This document shows, one piece after another, positions 45,501-59,553 of a stretch of 59,892 bases of DNA. A program made the translations under genes and the position numbers. How positions within the stretch are numbered: the first letter of the stretch is position 1; the number at the start of each line of letters is the position of its first letter. A model generated the notes under the pieces. That model was given only the letters and a program-made list of their open reading frames with translations, was not told the origin of the DNA and ran no database searches. Origin of the DNA: Chiloscyllium plagiosum (lineage: Eukaryota); the NCBI RefSeq assembly GCF_004010195.1, contig NC_057752.1:11004231-11064122 (forward strand), written 5' to 3'.

Positions 45501-46967
45501 TTCCGTAAATTAGCCATATGTTAAACCACTGGTTCTTTCATCATCTGGTTGGAATGACATATTTATATACCTGAAGGAACTGCAGTTTGACCTGACAATA
45601 TGGGATCAACTAGCTTTCATTCATTTGTACGGCTTGAGTAGTTTGCTGTTGTATCATTAGAAACAAAGAAAGTCATGAGATAATGTTAAACCAATCAATT
45701 TATTGGAAAATTCCTGGTTTATAGCATTGTTATTGGTCAAAATAACCTCTTGAGTTAATATCAATGAAAGCAACTTTTGTCTTGTTCATTTGTTTTGTAT
45801 GTTATTCTGTCAGTCAATGTGAAAAGAAAAGCTGAAACTATGAGAACACTTAAGGATTTGGATCTTGTTGTTTTTGAGTGTTTCAGCAGAATATCTTACC
45901 ACCGTGAAGTTGCATAGTTCGGCTATAGCTTCCTTTTAAATAACAATTCTACTGAAGTAATCCACTCCTTTAACCACACATATAAAGCGACTTATTTTGC
46001 ACATCTCAATGCTGGTTTTCTAATATTTTCAGCCCAGCAAATATATTCTTTAACTGTTAAGGACTTCAAAAAATATACGATTTGTTGTCATAGTAACGCA
46101 CAGTTTGAATTTCTTTATTTAATTTGTATAGTTCTATTTTAACCTGTATTTTAAGTGGTTGTAAAGTTGCTGTCTGTATTTTAACAGTTGCTACAGTTCA
46201 AAAAAAGCAATGCGTTATGTATGAAGCACTTTAAAGCTTTCAGATATAATAAACTGCTTATGATAAATATTGATGATTCACCTTCCTGAAATGAGAGAGA
46301 AAGTGTGTGAAATATTGAAAGAGAAGTTGTGGATATAGATGATGTGGCTGGCCTCTGGTAGCACCAACTGCACTGTTCTGTTCAAGGTAGCACAGTGCAG
46401 AAGGTAAGGCTCATCTATAAATGTTTATTTACAGCTGCACACTTTACAGAGACACACACCTAAATCCGACATGGACAGTTTCAGTCTGCTACATATTCTT
46501 TCACAAACCCATTATCAAATAAGTGCCCCACTTGAATGTAGCATTAACCCACTGTGACAACAAAGCCAAACTTTTGAAGGGAATTCAGTAAGTTATTACT
46601 TGGGTTAATAATGCACATCAGTCACAGAAGGCCTTAAAACAAGTGTACTGGTGGATTCTGTGCGTTCCCTCTCCAGGGGCACTCATAGACAGGCATAACT
46701 CCTGCATAGAGGCAGGTGGTGTGGCTGACCAATCTCCTGGACCTGCTAACAGCCACCTTTGTCAGACCCCAGGAGGTTTCTGATTCATTCAATCTGTTCC
46801 ATACCAAAGATCAGGAGCGTGGGGCTGATGCACATCCAAATCTCAGGGGCTGCAACCTTTCACATTTGACATAAAAATGAAACATAGATTCCTCCCGGTG
46901 CAGAATGAACGCACCTTGCAGAATGTGGAGGGTGTGCAACAGCAGCAGTCTGTACAGGGACCCTCTC

Positions 46968-47915
46968 CATAGAGTCATTGTCCTGTAGCCCAACTCATCC
47001 ATGCTGACCAGATATCCTAAACTGATCTCGTCCCATTTGCCAGCATTTGGCCCACATCCCTCTAAATCCTTCCTATTTTTGTACCTATCCAGATGCCTTT
47101 TAAATGTTGTCATTGTACCAGCCTCCACCACTTCCACTGGCAGCTCATTTCATACACATACCACCCTCTGCGTGAAAACATTGCCCCTCGGGTCCTTTTT
47201 AAATCTTTACCCTTTCACCTTAAACCTATGCCCTCTAGTTCTGGACTCCCCCACACTGTGGAAAAGACCTCGTCTATTTACCCTATTTGTGTCCCTCATG
47301 ATTTTATAAGCCTTTGTAAGGTCACCCCTCAGACTCCGACAGGCTGAAACCTTTTTCTCCAGACCGTCAGCCTCTGTAACGACCTTGTAAATCTGTTTTT
47401 GCACCTTTTCCAGTTTAATTACATCCTCCCTATACCAGGGTGACCAGAATTGTACACAGTACTCCAAATATGGCCTTACCAATATCCTGTACAGTTGTGA
47501 CATGATGTCCCAACTCCTATATCAATGTTCTGACCAACAAAGGCAAGAATGCCAGCTTCACTACTCTGTCTACTTATGCCGACGCTTTGAAGGAACTATG
47601 CACCTGCACCCTTTGGTCAGTCTGGTTTACATCACTCCCCAAGGCCCTACCATTAATGGTGTAAGTCTTGCCCTGATCTGTTTCACCAAAATGCAACACC
47701 TTGCATTTATCTAGATTAAGCTCCATCTGCCATTCGTCGGCCCAGTTGATCAAATCCCACTGTATTCTTAAATAACGTTCACTGTCCACTTTCCCTTAGT
47801 GTCCTCCATAAACTTACTGACCATGCCTCCTATATACATTTATCTAAATGACGAAAGACAAAAGACCCAGCACTGATCCTTGCAGCACACCACTGGTCAC
47901 AGCTCTCCAGTCTGA
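46968..47915 (-). mobile_element. CR1/HER1 LINE 3' fragment
   Basis: LYRILVRPYLEYCVQFWSP and EAGTMTTFKRHLD. Confidence 0.92.
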
Positions 47916-49264
47916 CCAAAGCCCCACACTGAGTAATGGCATGATTTTAAGAAATCCAATGATTCTGACCGTGAGCTGGATGTTATCTAGGGATGCCCAT
48001 TATGCTAGTTCATCCAGTAATATCCAGCCCACTCCCTCTACCATTCAGTATGTCTATGACACTAGTCACCTTGGCAACCCACATCCTCTTCTGCCAGCCC
48101 CATGAGCCCACACTGATGGGAGGTGGTCTGGATTCCTGTGCTGTGGATCCTAGGCAATAGCTACAGGAGACAGCTCTGGCTGGAGGACACCATCTTTCAG
48201 ACCCTGATCTGTTTGTGATAAAAGATGGACAGCAAGTAGGTATGGACACCCTGGGGTGGGGTGCAATTGATATGCACATTTCTGTGGAGTGTGGGAAGGG
48301 TGATGCCCACATCTCTGTGGGGTTTTTTTTGGGGGGGGGGGGGGGTAGTGGCAATGCCTGAGTCTTCACTGGGTTCATTGAGGGGGTGATGCTATGCCTT
48401 CACTGGAGTCAATGGGGTGAGTGCCTGAATATCTTTGGCAATCACTGGGAATTGGGTACAGTGCCTGATTCCCAAAGTCCAATTGCCTGGGTCCTCAAAC
48501 AGATGAACGACAGCAGACACCTCCTTCAGTGTATCTGCTTCTTTAGGGCAAGGAGACCCGAAGATATATTCAAAACCGATTCAATTATGGCTTTAGAAGG
48601 GAATGGGATAATTTCATCATCTTTTGTTGGGATGTGGCTATTGCAGGCACAATCAGCATTTATTGCACATCCCTAATTGCCCTTGGGATGGTGGTGGTGA
48701 GCTTCCTTTCTGAAACTGTTGTCGTCCATGTGCTGTTGAGTGAGAGTGTTCCAGGATTTTGATCCAGTGACAGCAAAGAAACGGTGGTGCAATTTCAAGT
48801 TTGGATGGTGAATGGCTTTTCGCCTGCACTCTCGATACTGAAAACAAAATGTCTCCTGTTTAAATTGATTGCCTAATTGGACAGCATATACTGAACAATC
48901 CGGAGGCTACTAGCACCTACGCTAACATATTTTAAGAAAATCAATCAAGCCTATCATCTAGCTTATTTGCTAGAAGTGACATACATTCATACGCTGGGAC
49001 TAGTTCTTGGAAAATGAAAGCAATCTGTTCAACACGTGTCCCTTTTTTGAATGACCCAGGAGCTTGTGGAGCCTATAGTTTTCCATTGGCTGAGGCATTG
49101 CTGGAAAGGCTAATCAGAGTCAACCTGCCAAGCAATCAGCATCCTTTCCTTCTGTCATTGTAAATTGTTTGAAAGTTGGCATTCTTGTGTTTGCCCTGGT
49201 AAAATGCAAGATGTAAATATGTCTCTCAGAAATAATTGCTTCCCAAAAGATCGTTAATAAATTA

Positions 49265-49461
49265 GTCCGAAGGAGTGTGCAGGTTAGGTGGATTGGCCGT
49301 GCTAAATTGCCCCATAGTCTCTCGGAATGTGTAGGCTAGGTGGATTAGCCAGGGGAAAAATGCAGGATTACAGGGGTAGGGTAAGAGGATGGGATGCTCT
49401 TCATAGGGTCGATGTGGACTCGATGGGCCAAATGGCCTGCTTCCATACTGTAGCGATTCTA
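49265..49461 (+). mobile_element. 5'-truncated HE1-type SINE
   Basis: gtgcaggttaggtggattggccgtgctaaattgcccc plus CR1-like tail. Confidence 0.8.
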
Positions 49462-49542
49462 ATACAGATTGTGAATAGTTGAAGTTCAGCACTGATTCCC
49501 TGTGGCACTCCACTGGTTACAGTTTGCCAACCCATTTTTCCT

Positions 49543-50250
49543 GATGGGTGACCATCCTCCAAGGCAGATTTCGGGACAGGCAGCAGTGAAAAGTGGCCGA
49601 GCAGAGGCTGATAGCTAAGTTCGGTACCCATTGGGAGGACACAGGCGCGCGCACGCACACACACACACACACTCCTACAAACTCTCTCACTCCCACACTC
49701 TCTCATGCATCCTCTCACAGACTTAGACCCCTTTACACTCTCTCTCACACCCACGGACACTCACAAACCCCCACCCCAGATATATATATATATACACACA
49801 CACACATTTGTGGGGTGAATTTGTACTTGCAGAGTTACGTTGTATTTTGCTCAAAAACTGCATGAATCCATGTAAGACTCTGTTAACTCATTTTTTTTTA
49901 GATTAGAATCAGTCTAAACATTATGGCACAGATAGGGAACACAGGGGGCTAACACCTTCAATATATTATCTGGACTGACACCAATTGTTAAAGTTAACCT
50001 GAGAATGTAACTTTTAAAGTTTTGTGATTTACATATGAAAGAAGTGAAACTATCATGGTCTTTCTAACAGATGAGAGACTTAACAGACAAACAGGGTATT
50101 TTTCAATGTATAATTTCAGTTACATCACACTGTAAACTTTTGCTATAAATTCTGTCTTGCAATTGTGTACTCCACAACCACCTCCAAAAGCTAGTGCTTC
50201 CAATTAAACCTGTTGGACTATAACCTAGTGTTGTGTGATTTTTAACTTTT
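49543..50250 (+). mobile_element. Penelope family-B 3' end (GIY-YIG C-terminus plus terminal repeat)
   Basis: WVTILQG...VAEQRLIAKFGTH; the repeat is homologous to 12880-13340. Confidence 0.88.
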
Positions 50251-52679
50251 ATATTTGATCCTTTTGCCTTAGCACTTGTATTCCTACGTAGTAACATTTG
50301 TGATTCATGTACCAGATCCTTCTGTACTGCAGGGCTCTGCAAGCACACTCCATTTAAATTGTGCTAAATATGCATTATTTTAATATTGCTTTCAAGGATT
50401 GTCAAAAGTAAATTTGTCATGTTTTCTGGAAATACCTGGAGTGTTTTTTTTTAAAAGAAGGCATTTAAAGTTCAGTGAATGCTGGATTTTATTTTTAAAC
50501 AAGGCTTCCTGTAAATTGCATAAGTGGTGATAACTAGAGCTAGGAGCCTATAAAAATTTTGGATCTATGTCTAAAGTTATTATTATTTCCTTAGTTTAAT
50601 ACACTGGATAAGCCTATTATATAAGTTTTTAATAAGTTTAGCTGTGTTTAGTTGATCTCTCAAATTCAGAAATGGCAAGGACATCTCAGATCCATGGACT
50701 GTACACCCTGTTCCATGTGGGAAACCTCGGACTCTTTTGAATAGGTGCATGAAGTGTATCAGCTAGAGGAGTGGAAAAAAAATTGTTGAAGCAAAGGCTC
50801 AATTAAAAATGTCAAAACTGAGCTTGATATATATTCCATTGTCAGCCAAGCGTATTGAAGGATTTGGAGCTGAGGCAAGTAGACAGTGTTAAGATACAAA
50901 TGAGTCGTCTAAACTGAGTGGAGGAATAGGCACAAGTCACTGACAATGTATACTGGGTGTGTAGAGTGGTGGTGAATAGCAAATATTTAATACGTTCTCA
51001 CAGTTGTGTGTCAGCAGATTCATTTTGGTGAAAGAATGAAAACGAGCGTGTGATAATATCAATTCCAATTTATTGTGCGTTCAGGCATTTATTTCAAGAT
51101 TGTCATTTCACACAAATAAATACTAATAGAAGAAAATTACCTCATCACAAAAGTCTGACTTTCATTAAATAAATGAAAAACTAAAACTGAAAATGGTTAG
51201 AATCCTATTGGAAGTGCAGGTACTCCTTCATCCATCAAATGCCAATTTAAGGTTCTTCTAGGGAAAGGCACATATCCATTCGGGCTGATTTGTCCTGCAT
51301 CTGAGTGATTGTAGCCTTTTCCCTGAGCACATCCAACAGGAATACTGAAACAACTCTTTGTAACATGCTTTACTTTAGTGAAAAATCTTCAAGAGCAGCT
51401 TTCATCAAGAAAGATCTGCTCATCAAATCCCCTTCATGCCTGGTTCAACAATCTCTGGCTCCCTTCAAAGTCTGCTTTCTGAAGACAACAATACCAGTGT
51501 AAATATTAAGGTAACGTTTGCTGGGTTCGCCAAAATGAAATTATATGAAATGAAAGAAAAGAAAACATGTATGATGCCTGGTAATGACTTGATGATTAGA
51601 AAGGTCCCTGCTTTTAAAGTGATTCTAGGTCTTGCTGAAGGAATGAGCTTGTGTTCAGATTGAGTATTGTAACTCAGGAATAATGAACTGAATTGTCACT
51701 AACTCTTGAAAAGCTGCAGACTTGTTTAAAACAGACACAATGAATCAGATGATAATGTGGACTGTTGGTATATCAGCTGAATTTGTGATCGTTGTGGAAT
51801 TGTGCTGTGTAAATATCATACAGTTGATTGGATGAGATTGTGTGAGCAAGCCAGAGCTGAGGTCAGAGTTTATTAAAAGCAAGAGATGAGCCTTTTCCCA
51901 GGGAGAACACGAGCAAATCTTAATGAGTGAATCGATCAAATCAACATGGAAAACATGATACATTTGTGATGTTTGCCAGAGATCAAACCAATCACTTACT
52001 GGAGACTGGACAGTGTCAAGGTTTGAGTGGACAGCTTCTTTGCATGCAAAGAGTATACTTTTTTTAAAAAACTTGTCTCGGAGCACAGCTAGCTCAGGAA
52101 CGTAGGTCATCCAATCAGCAGCTGCCAGTTGGAATGGAACACGCTGATCACCTGTACTGGTCTGGTCTCCAGACAAATCCATGTAAAGGGGTTCACTTGT
52201 AAGTGGAAGCCTTTTACAGTATTTATTTGCAGGGTACATTGCTTTAATAAAGAATATTCTGTTGTTAGGACTGCTTTGGGTTATTGATATCCGGAGTAAC
52301 CACAACAGACCAGGGAAAGTGGGAATAAGAACTGACGATGATTGGTGAGCCAGCCAGGAGGGTTGAAGATGAAGAAACAGCCAGGGTAGGTAATGGAAGA
52401 GGTGATTTGAGGTTTACATGACAGCGAAGGTTCCACTGAAGGAACAGTGGGTCCAGACTCTCTCAATTACTGAAGATCCAGTCCAGGAAGCCAATGGACT
52501 TGGGGCTCTGCTTATAAGGCAGAATCGACAAATGCCATTTGGTTAACATAATTTTAAACAAAAGAATTCACAAGAGATAGAGGAATTGAAATGAAAATTA
52601 GAAGAGAGGAGGCGGATGTGGAAACAACTTGAGGAGAAGCAGGGATGAGAAGAGAAATTAGAAAAATATGAGCCAGAAA

Positions 52680-53108
52680 GGGGATCGTTTGAGCTATAGG
52701 GAGAGGCTGAATAGGCTGGGGCTGTTTTCCCTGGAGCATCAGAGGCTGAGGGGTCACCAGATAGAGGTTTATAAAATCATAAAGTCTTTTCCCTGGGGTG
52801 CGTGAGCCCAGAACTAGACGGCATAGGTAAGGGTGAGAGGGGAAAGATTTAAAAGGGACCTAAAGGGCAACTGTTTTACACAGAGGTGGTACGTGTATGG
52901 AATGAGCTGCCCGAGGAAGTAGTGGAGGCTGGTACAATTACAACATTTAAAAGGCATTTGGATGGGGATATGAATACTAAGGGTTTAGAGGGATATGGGC
53001 CAAATGCTGGCAAATGGGACAAGGTTAGGTTAGGATATCTGGTTGGCCTGGACAAGTTGGACCGAAGGGTCTGTTTCCGTGCTGTACAGTTCTATGACGA
53101 TGACTCTA
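52680..53108 (+). mobile_element. CR1/HER1 3' fragment
   Basis: VVRVWNELPEEVVEAGTITTFKRHLD plus tail. Confidence 0.9.
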
Positions 53109-53347
53109 AGTGGTGCAGCTGATTATGGTTTGTTGAAAGTCAGTGTGTCAATGGTCAACAGCAGTGTGACAGGCTGTCAAAAAAAGGTGTTTACATAGTG
53201 CTGCAGAACATCGGTGTACAGATCTGATAATAGCTCATCAGTCTCTGGACAAAGAAAATTCCCAAATACAGTATCAGGAAGAGAATCATGGTCCATATAG
53301 GACAAAGATGGACAAGCTATGAGAGGCTCTGAGGTGATCCTAAGTCA

Positions 53348-53846
53348 AGAGTCATACAGTCATATAGCCCAGAAACAGTCCAACCAGTCCACGCCGACCA
53401 TAATCCCAAACTAAACTAGTCCCACCTGCCTGCACTTGTCCCATAATCCCTCCAACCCTTTCCTATTCATGTACTTATCAAAATGTCTTTGAAACATTGT
53501 AACTGTACCCACATCCACCACTTCCTCAGGAAGTTCATTCCACACATGAACCACTCTCTATATAAAAGAAATTGCCCCATGGCTTTTTTAAAATCTTTCT
53601 CCTCTCACCTTAAAAATATGCCCTCTAGTCTTGAACTCCCCAACCTTGGGGAAAATATGCCTGCCATTCACTATATTATCCATGCCCCTCATGATTTTAT
53701 AAACCTTTATAAGGTCATTCCTCAGCCTCCTACGCTCCAGTGTAAAAGGTCCCAGCCTCTCCTTATATCTCCAACCCTTCATTCCAGGCAACATCCAGGT
53801 AAATCTCTTCTGAACCTTCTCCAACTGAATAATGTCCTTCCTGTAA
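53348..53846 (-). mobile_element. CR1/HER1 3' fragment
   Basis: EKVQKRFTWMLPG...RRRLRNDLIKVYKIMRG. Confidence 0.9.
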
Positions 53847-54149
53847 CAAGGATGAGGTGGATGATGTTAGGGATACAGGACAGTCAGTGAATGACCTCCA
53901 CCCCAGACCCCCTGTAAATATCCATTGATAGGCCCTATGATATCGAGCTGACGTAAGCTGGCTGCGAATGGGTAGGTTGGGGAGATAAAACACAACGTAG
54001 TGGTACCATATACCCTCTGACCAATTACAGGGAATGGCTGAAAAACGTCTTAAATTAGACTTTGGGAAGGATCCATACAGGATTTCCAGGAGTTGGATGA
54101 GATGGCTCACCTCTATAATTTGGATTGAGATCGCTTGTTACTTGGGAGG

Positions 54150-55430
54150 TGCCAGTCTAGGCAGGATACACTAATGAAGAGGTCTCAAAGTACAGATACA
54201 TCAATTACTAAAGGTTGCACCACATGTTAGCAAGGCCATTAAAACAAAAACAAACCAAGCACTGGGATTTATTTCTAGAGGAAGACAAGTTCAAGTGGGA
54301 AAGTAATGTTAAACGTTAAGAGTACTGTGTGCAGTTCTGATTGTCATATTTTAGAAGAATACGCCTTTGAATTATTGTAATTGTACTCTCCTCAACCACC
54401 TCCTCTGGCAGCTTATTCCATCCATGCACCACCCTCTGCATGATAAAGTTGTCCCTTAGGTCCCTTTGAAGTCTTTCCCTTCTCATCTTAAACTTGATGC
54501 CCTCTACCTTTGGACTCCCCTACTCTGGGAAAAAGATCTTGGCTATCCATGGCCCCTCATGATTTTATAAACCTTTATAAGGTCATCCTTCAGCCTCTGA
54601 TGCTCCAGGGAAAACAGCCCCAGCCTATTCAGCCTCTCCCTGTAGCACAAACCCTCCAATCCCAGCAATGTCCTTGTAAATCTTTTGTACGCCTTTACCA
54701 GTTTAATAAAATCCTTGCTATAGAAGGGCGAACAGAATTGTATGCAGTATTCTGAAAGTGGCCTCACTAATGTCCTGTACAGCCGTAATATGACATCCCA
54801 ATTCCTACACTCAATGCTCTGACCTGTGAAGCCAAGTGTGCCAAATGCCTTCTTCACCATCTTGTCTACCTGCGACACTACTTTCAAGGAACTATGCACT
54901 TGCACCCCAAGGTCTCTTTATTCAGCAATATGGAAAGGATCTCTTTTCTCTTAAAGGGATGAGCTGATAGAAGTCCTTAAAATTTTGAAATGTTTTGAGA
55001 AAGTGGATAAAGAGAGAATATTTCCTCTTGTGGGGAAGAGGCGGTTTAGAGATTATCAATATAAAATAGTCACCAAGAAAGACCATCAGCAGTTAGTTGT
55101 CCCCTGACTCCAAACTCTCAGACTTTATTCATTAGTTTATCATGGGACATCTTTTGAACATCTAGATAAATTACATCTACTGTGTTACCATTATCTACTC
55201 TTTGATACTTCCTCAAAAAGTTCGATCATGTTGGTCAAGCAAAGACTTTCCCTTTTGAACTCCATGCCATCGATTCATTATAGTTTGAATTTTTACAAGT
55301 TCTATTCTCCTCTTTAATGCGGATTCCATCAATTTTCCAACCATTAATGTTCAACTGATTGGTGTATAATTCCCTGGAGATGTTATGTCTCCCTGAACCA
55401 CAGGAGTTAACATTAACTAACTGCAAGTCT
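54150..55430. mobile_element. Nested CR1 fragments (minus-strand copy at about 54365-54928 inside an older plus-strand copy)
   Basis: LYRTLVRPLSEYCIQF on the minus strand; flanks continue a plus-strand CR1. Confidence 0.8.
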
Positions 55431-55939
55431 TCTGGCACTTAACAGATTATTACGTGACTCTGCTATCTCTGCATGGGATTCTTTTAAAGTATCATGGATA
55501 TAATGCAGCCAGCTCAGGGACTTTATCTTCTTTCCATTGGAAAAGCTTACGCAATACATCTTTTTAAAATTTTTAATGATTTATTTTATTAGACATCTCA
55601 ACATTGAATATGAAACAAAATAATTATTTAATATTCGAGTATTGATGGAAAGAAATCCATGCTGTCAAAGCTTTTTGACTTGCCCTCACCAGGACAGAAT
55701 TGCAAGAATGCCAAACCTCAAAAGGAATAACTATTTATACTGCGTGAGAAAGGGGATTGCTTAATTGTCAAGTGGACTCTGGTTGAGGTATTATCATGAA
55801 GAATGTACAAGGAACAGTTGTTCCCCAAATCTGTTGTTGAATAGAAAAAGGCTGCATTGTCTGATCATGTTCTTTTTGTTTGCAGAGGGCAGGATCGGAT
55901 GCATGGTTATATGTAATTCGCAACAAATGCAAGTACAGC

Positions 55940-57000
55940 CCCTGACAACATTCTGATAATAATACCGAAGACTTGTGCTCCAGAACAAGCCACCATCTTA
56001 GCCAAGCTGCTCCATTATAGTCACAACACTGAAATCTACCCAACAATGTGGAAAATTGTTCAGGTATGTTCTATGCACAAAAAGCATATCAAATCCAATC
56101 CAGTCAATTACTATCATATTGGTCTCCTGTCGATTATCTGGAAAGTGATGGAAGGTATTGCCAACAGTGCTATCAAGCAGCACCTGCTCAGCAATAACCT
56201 GCTCAGTGACTCCCAGTTTGGGTCCCACCAGGGCCACTCAGCTCCTGACCTCATTGCAGCCTTAGTTCAAAAATGGACAAAAGAGCTGAACTCCAGAGAG
56301 GTGGGGAGAGGGACAGCCCTTGACGTCAAGGCTGCATTCGACCGAGTGTGGCATCAAGGAGCCCTGGCAAAACTGGAATCAATGAGTATCAGGGGGCAAA
56401 CTCTCCGCTGGTTGGAGTCATACCTGGCACAAAGGAAGATGGTTGTGGTTGAAGGTCAGTCATCTCAGCTCCAGGACATCTGTGGATGGGGATGTTCGCT
56501 GGTGATTGCGCAGTGTTCAGCACCATTTGTGACTCCTCAGATACTGAAGCAGTCCATGTTCAACTGCAACAAGATAGGGACAACATCCAGGGGTTTTGGG
56601 CTGGCAAGTATCTAATCACATTGGTACCTCAAGTGATGGCGATGACCATGCCCAAAAAGAATTTAACTATCGCTTTGACATTCAATGGCATTACCATCCA
56701 CTGGATCCCCCACTATCAACATCCAGAGGGCTTCCATTGATCAGAAACTAGATTCGCCATATATACAGTGGCTACAACAGCAGGGTCAGAGACAGGGAAT
56801 CCTGTGGTGACTGACTCAACTCATGGTTTCCCAACTTCTGTCCAAGGCACAAGTCTCTTCTGAACAGCATTGTAGGTTTTCCTACAGATCGAGGGCTGCA
56901 ACAGTGCAGAAAAATCGCTCACCATTGCTTTCACCAGGGCAATTAAGTATGGCAATAAATTTTAGTCTAGCCAGCTACACCCACATCTTATGAACAAATA
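55940..57000 (+). mobile_element. CR1-clade LINE reverse transcriptase remnant
   Basis: ORF 56046-56615 NPVNYYHIGLLS...QFGSHQGHS...ALDVKAAFDRVWHQG, then frameshifted FAGDC (degenerate FADD). Confidence 0.9.
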
Positions 57001-58442
57001 AGCAAAAGCCACGTTGTGAGGTTACTGATAATCTTAAGTTGTTTGTATAATTCTTAGCACAATTAGTGTTATCCAATTGCAGAAATACATCTAATGCATT
57101 TTGTTTTGCAAGCACATACTAGTCGAGTGCAATCAGTGCTTTGCCTGTTGAAAATGTCCCAGTGAGAATGATGGGTCATAAAAAAACAGCAGTTCCTTTT
57201 GGCTGTTCACAGATACACACAGTACACACTGAACAATTCTGAGCGTGTGTACAATTACACAAACAACCCATGGAAGATCATCAGTTGGAGTTGCAAACCC
57301 ACTTAAATTTTGGTCTTCTTGCATCTGTCCTGATGAATGCAAAGTGAAAAGATTTGAGCGCATGTTTTTTTGGAACAGTACTCCGGTTCTGTTCTCTCAA
57401 GCAACAATTGATTTAATATTTGTGCTCTCTATCATTCCCTGTAGTATTATCCTCTCTGACCACTATTCTATTCCCTTTACAGTCTCTCTTTTTTATGGAA
57501 GTGCTTATAAAATAGCTTAATATTTGATGTTCCTTGATAATTTAGTCATTCGTTATCCTATCCTCATCGATGTCCATGAATGCACAAACACACACTCGAG
57601 GCTGTGGAATAAGTTAGGAGTAGTGAACCTTTGCAGATCTTTTCCAGTCCACAGTCCAGTCGCACAGAGACCAGTTGTTTAGCATTTTGAAGCAACAAGC
57701 ATTTTATGACCTTACTATTGACTAATTCAATATTTGCTGCTGCATATTGTCTAGAAACAAAGCTCTACATAGTAACTGCTTTGTGCATTGGAACCTGTAA
57801 ACTACAGATACCTCAGGGTCTGGTGTAAGTATTTTCCAATCAACGTGTTCAGATGAACCTAGACCTCCTGGCTCAGAGATAGGAACACTACCACTGTACC
57901 TCAAGAGCTGTTGTTGTTTTGCAAATGTCTCTAGTTTCAAAATAATCACTCTATGTACTGCTCTAGTCTTCCCAGTAATCAGCCAAGATTATGGTCAGAA
58001 CCTAATCAGCAACAGCAATGCCCCAGGGCACCAGGATTTGCCACTGTCTAAATCCCAGTTTTATTGAAACTGGTCTCTCTTCAGATAGTGTAACTTCATT
58101 AATGAACTGCATCTTTCACTTCTACTTACCAGCAGTAGGGCAATCACCTGACAGGCAAACAAGAGAGAAAATATAATGACAGGTTGTAGCAATATATCCA
58201 AGCCTATTAAGGGGAACTGCTCAAATGGATCGAGTGCACTGAAAGGTGAAAATATAACAGGAGGGAAAGGGAGATTTTGTTTGGTTAAGCAGTAGATCTG
58301 CAGGAAGACTGCTGGATAGTTGTGACTCTCAGTCCACCACTTTATAGAGCAGAAACAAAGATGTCCAGGCCAGTGATCAATTTTCAGCTTTCAAAGCCTC
58401 AGCCCCTCCAAATGAAGTGAGCCCATCATCAGGAGCTACATT

Positions 58443-58647
58443 AGAGTAGTGCTGGAAAAGCACAGCAGGTCAGGCAGCATCCGAGGAGCAGGAGAATCGA
58501 CGTTTCGGGCAAAAGCCCTTCATCAGGAACAAAGGGCTTTTGCCCAAAATGTTGATTTTCCTGCTCCTCGGATGCTGCCTGACTTGCTGTGCTTTTCCAG
58601 CACCACTCTGATCTCTGATCTCCAGCATCAGAAGCACTCAAGTATGG
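58443..58647. mobile_element. Penelope family-A non-coding foldback insertion; intact hammerhead core at 58495-58529 (-)
   Basis: Inverted arms; direct repeat catcatcaggagct at 58424-58437 and 58648-58661. Confidence 0.88.
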
Positions 58648-59224
58648 CATCATCAGGAGCTGATGACCAAGAGTGATATCTTGTTCCTGAGATATGCTGC
58701 TCTGGTAGGCAGAAAACTACAATGTCGCTATTGTGTGCCTTGAGTGTCTGGGAGACCCCTGCTGTCTTGGGGGAGGGGCGGGGAGTTGGGGGGCCGGTGT
58801 ATATAACATCCAGCAGCCTTCTGCGAGGTTCCACTTCCTTGTACTGCAGCTGCTAACATTTGAAATGCTGGATTCTGTACCAACAGAGGGAGATGTGATG
58901 TTGCCGAACTTGAGTTACCAGCTTTTGTGGGAAGAAGTGCTCTTTATTCAGCTTCTGCAGCAGAGGAGAAACCAGTTCACCCCAGGACTGAGCCATGCAA
59001 GCTTTCATTCACAGAACATGGTATTGAAAGTGAGAGTATGTGGTGCATTGAAACATTAATTCACAATTTGCAAGTGTGAGCAGTTTCAGACAGCCTCTTA
59101 CATATTTTGTTACTGAGGCAAGTAAATAGTGTGCAAAAGTCTCAACTTTTGTTATAAAACACAAACTGACCTTGTGTGGGCCTGCACATAGGCCACATTT
59201 CTGGTGCATGCTCAGCAGTAGCAT

Positions 59225-59535
59225 CATAGAATCCCAAGGGGGAAAGAGGCCACTCAGCCCAATGAGTCTATACTGATCCTCTGAACAGCATCCCACCCAA
59301 CCTCTATCACCGTAATCCCACATTTCCCATGGAAAATCCAATTAGCCCGCACATCCCTGGACACAATCGGCAATTTAGCATGGCCAATCCACCTAACCTG
59401 CACATCTTTGGACTGTGGGAGGAAACCCACACAGACACAGGGAGAATGTGCAATCTCCACATAGACAGCTGCCCAAGGCTGGACCTGAACGTGAACCTGA
59501 GATCCTGGCACTGTGAGGCTGCCATGCTGCCCAGT
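59225..59535 (-). mobile_element. HE1-type SINE
   Basis: Same central domain and tail as 15641-15928. Confidence 0.82.
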
Positions 59536-59553
59536 GGCAGGACATACTCTGTC

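Noticed and set aside
51745..52305. 186-aa minus-strand ORF
   Set aside because: No recognisable domain, no ATG at the annotated start, no convincing splice context, and it abuts L2-like debris; treated as chance
58740..59000. Minus-strand frame MAQSWGELVSPLLQKL...
   Set aside because: In-frame stop and no identifiable family
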